A program made the translations under genes and the position numbers. The notes beneath the pieces were generated by a model. It saw nothing but the letters and a program-made list of their open reading frames with translations. It was not told where the DNA came from and ran no database searches. Shown here piece by piece: positions 63,148 to 64,000 of a stretch of 64,000 nt of DNA. Within the stretch, counting starts at the first letter, position 1. Each line of letters opens with the position of its first letter. Origin of the DNA: Oleiphilus sp. (GTDB lineage: Bacteria > Pseudomonadota > Gammaproteobacteria > Pseudomonadales > Oleiphilaceae); contig JBLLNS010000008.1 in assembly GCA_048058835.1 (NCBI GenBank), forward strand, positions 56,231 through 120,230, read 5' to 3'.

Positions 63148-64000
63148 GTGTTGTCAGAACATGACTTGCTTCGCAGGAAGCCTTATTTGCTCGTTGTTTT
63201 GTTCCTTGCTTTTAGCTTTCTTTCTTCAAGCTTAAAAGCGCAAGCTGAAAACAAGGTGAATAGGGTGATTGCCTTAGCGCCACACTCAGTCGAGTTGCTT
63301 TACCTATTAGGTGTGGGTGATCGAATAATTGCAACCACCAGTTTTGCAGATTATCCAGAAGAAGCTAAAAGTATTCCTGTGGTAGGGGGCTATAACGGTA
63401 TTCAAATTGAAAAAGTGCTTAGCCTACAGCCTGATTTGGTTATAGCCTGGGAAGACGGCAATAAACTGGATGATATTGTTCAGCTTGAACGCTTAGGGTT
63501 AAACGTTCATAGAAGCAAAACCAAGGTCTTGAAAGAAATCGCCACTGAAATTTTAAACATGGGTGAATTGCTGGGTATACAAGATAAAGCTAAGCAAGAA
63601 GCTGAAAGATTTTTATCGGGTTTGTCCGAATTGACTTCACAATATAAGGATAAAAAACCGGTACGTTTTTATCAATTATGGAGTGAACCTTTACGCGCCA
63701 TGGCAGCTAAAAGCTGGATTAATGAAATGCTCGTGGGTTGCGGTGGCGTCAATATATTTGATGCTAGTATTGGCGATTACCCACAAGTCAGTATTGAAAA
63801 TGTCATTGAGAAAATGCCCGAGGTGATTATCATTCCGTCGCATCATGGGCATGGCTTGGGTGAAGGTGATTTCTGGCAGAAATGGCCAGAAATTCCGGCG
63901 GTCAATAATCAGCATATTTTTTATGTGAATGGTGATCTATTGCACCGTTTCTCAGTACGAACCCTGCAGGGCATGCAGCAGGTTTGTGATCGGCTTGAAG
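63148..64000 (+). CDS. btuF: Periplasmic cobalamin-binding protein, 3' end cut by the window edge
   Basis: It is absent from the ORF track because there is no stop in the window. From GTG 63148 it reads VLSEHDLLRRKPYLLVVLFLAFSFLSSSLKAQAENKVNRVIALAPHSVELLYLLGVGDRIIATTSFADYPEEAKSIPVVGGYNGIQIEKVLSLQPDLVIAW. This fits the BtuF/FhuD pattern. Confidence 0.8.
   Translation, partial: MLSEHDLLRRKPYLLVVLFLAFSFLSSSLKAQAENKVNRVIALAPHSVELLYLLGVGDRIIATTSFADYPEEAKSIPVVGGYNGIQIEKVLSLQPDLVIAWEDGNKLDDIVQLERLGLNVHRSKTKVLKEIATEILNMGELLGIQDKAKQEAERFLSGLSELTSQYKDKKPVRFYQLWSEPLRAMAAKSWINEMLVGCGGVNIFDASIGDYPQVSIENVIEKMPEVIIIPSHHGHGLGEGDFWQKWPEIPAVNNQHIFYVNGDLLHRFSVRTLQGMQQVCDRLE

Overview
This is a 64-kb chromosomal segment from a moderately AT-rich gammaproteobacterium. 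Gene content and REP repeats look marine Alteromonadales-like, but that is inference only. I support about 58 protein genes.

Layout, left to right:
- 1-12.3 kb, a mosaic region. It holds a 5'-truncated IS4-family transposase, a GreA/GreB-like gene, a decayed Old-Yellow-Enzyme pseudogene and a stand-alone ClpS-like gene. Next come a 4-gene ectoine/diaminobutyrate-type catabolic cluster (M20 amidohydrolase, EctB/DoeD-type aminotransferase, DoeA-like M24 hydrolase, aldehyde dehydrogenase), a beta-propeller lipoprotein and an orphan solute-binding protein. It ends with a complete IS110/IS1111-type element sitting inside a palindromic REP.
- 12.6-23.3 kb. This stretch holds a DUF3336-patatin lipase, a GST, a 7TMR-DISM hybrid histidine kinase divergent from an HD-GYP response regulator, a second orphan binding protein, a DUF3750 lipoprotein and a DsbB paralog.
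- 23.5-32.3 kb, an envelope island. It has an orphan 1560-aa MshQ-like LamG protein. Divergent from it are two paralogous secreted spondin_N-like proteins followed by an OmpR-type two-component system.
- 32.4-33.0 kb, a dense composite REP/tandem-repeat block.
- 33-45.5 kb. It holds a YghU-type GST and a FumC-like gene. A 5-gene operon follows: cytochrome c peroxidase, imelysin, DUF1111, a 99-aa ORF and DUF1513. Last is a coupled module of a PBP-like protein, an outer membrane protein and a GGDEF-EAL protein.
- 45.6-55.8 kb, core genes. These are cysK, a hydrolase, prfB (with its programmed +1 frameshift), lysS, ung, an HDOD protein, ygfZ, ygfX-sdhE, a GIY-YIG protein and tonB.
- 55.8-64 kb, a cobalamin riboswitch driving btuB, a lipoprotein, cobQ, cobU and btuDCF. 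btuF is cut by the window end.

I found no rRNA, tRNA, CRISPR array, prophage or recognisable phage-defence cassette.

The best candidates for something new are:
- the spondin-like/two-component/MshQ-like envelope island;
- the IS1111-type element with guide-like segments matching its own REP target;
- the riboswitch-linked lipoprotein next to btuB;
- the variant imelysin operon.

All family assignments come from motif recognition by eye. No searches were run.
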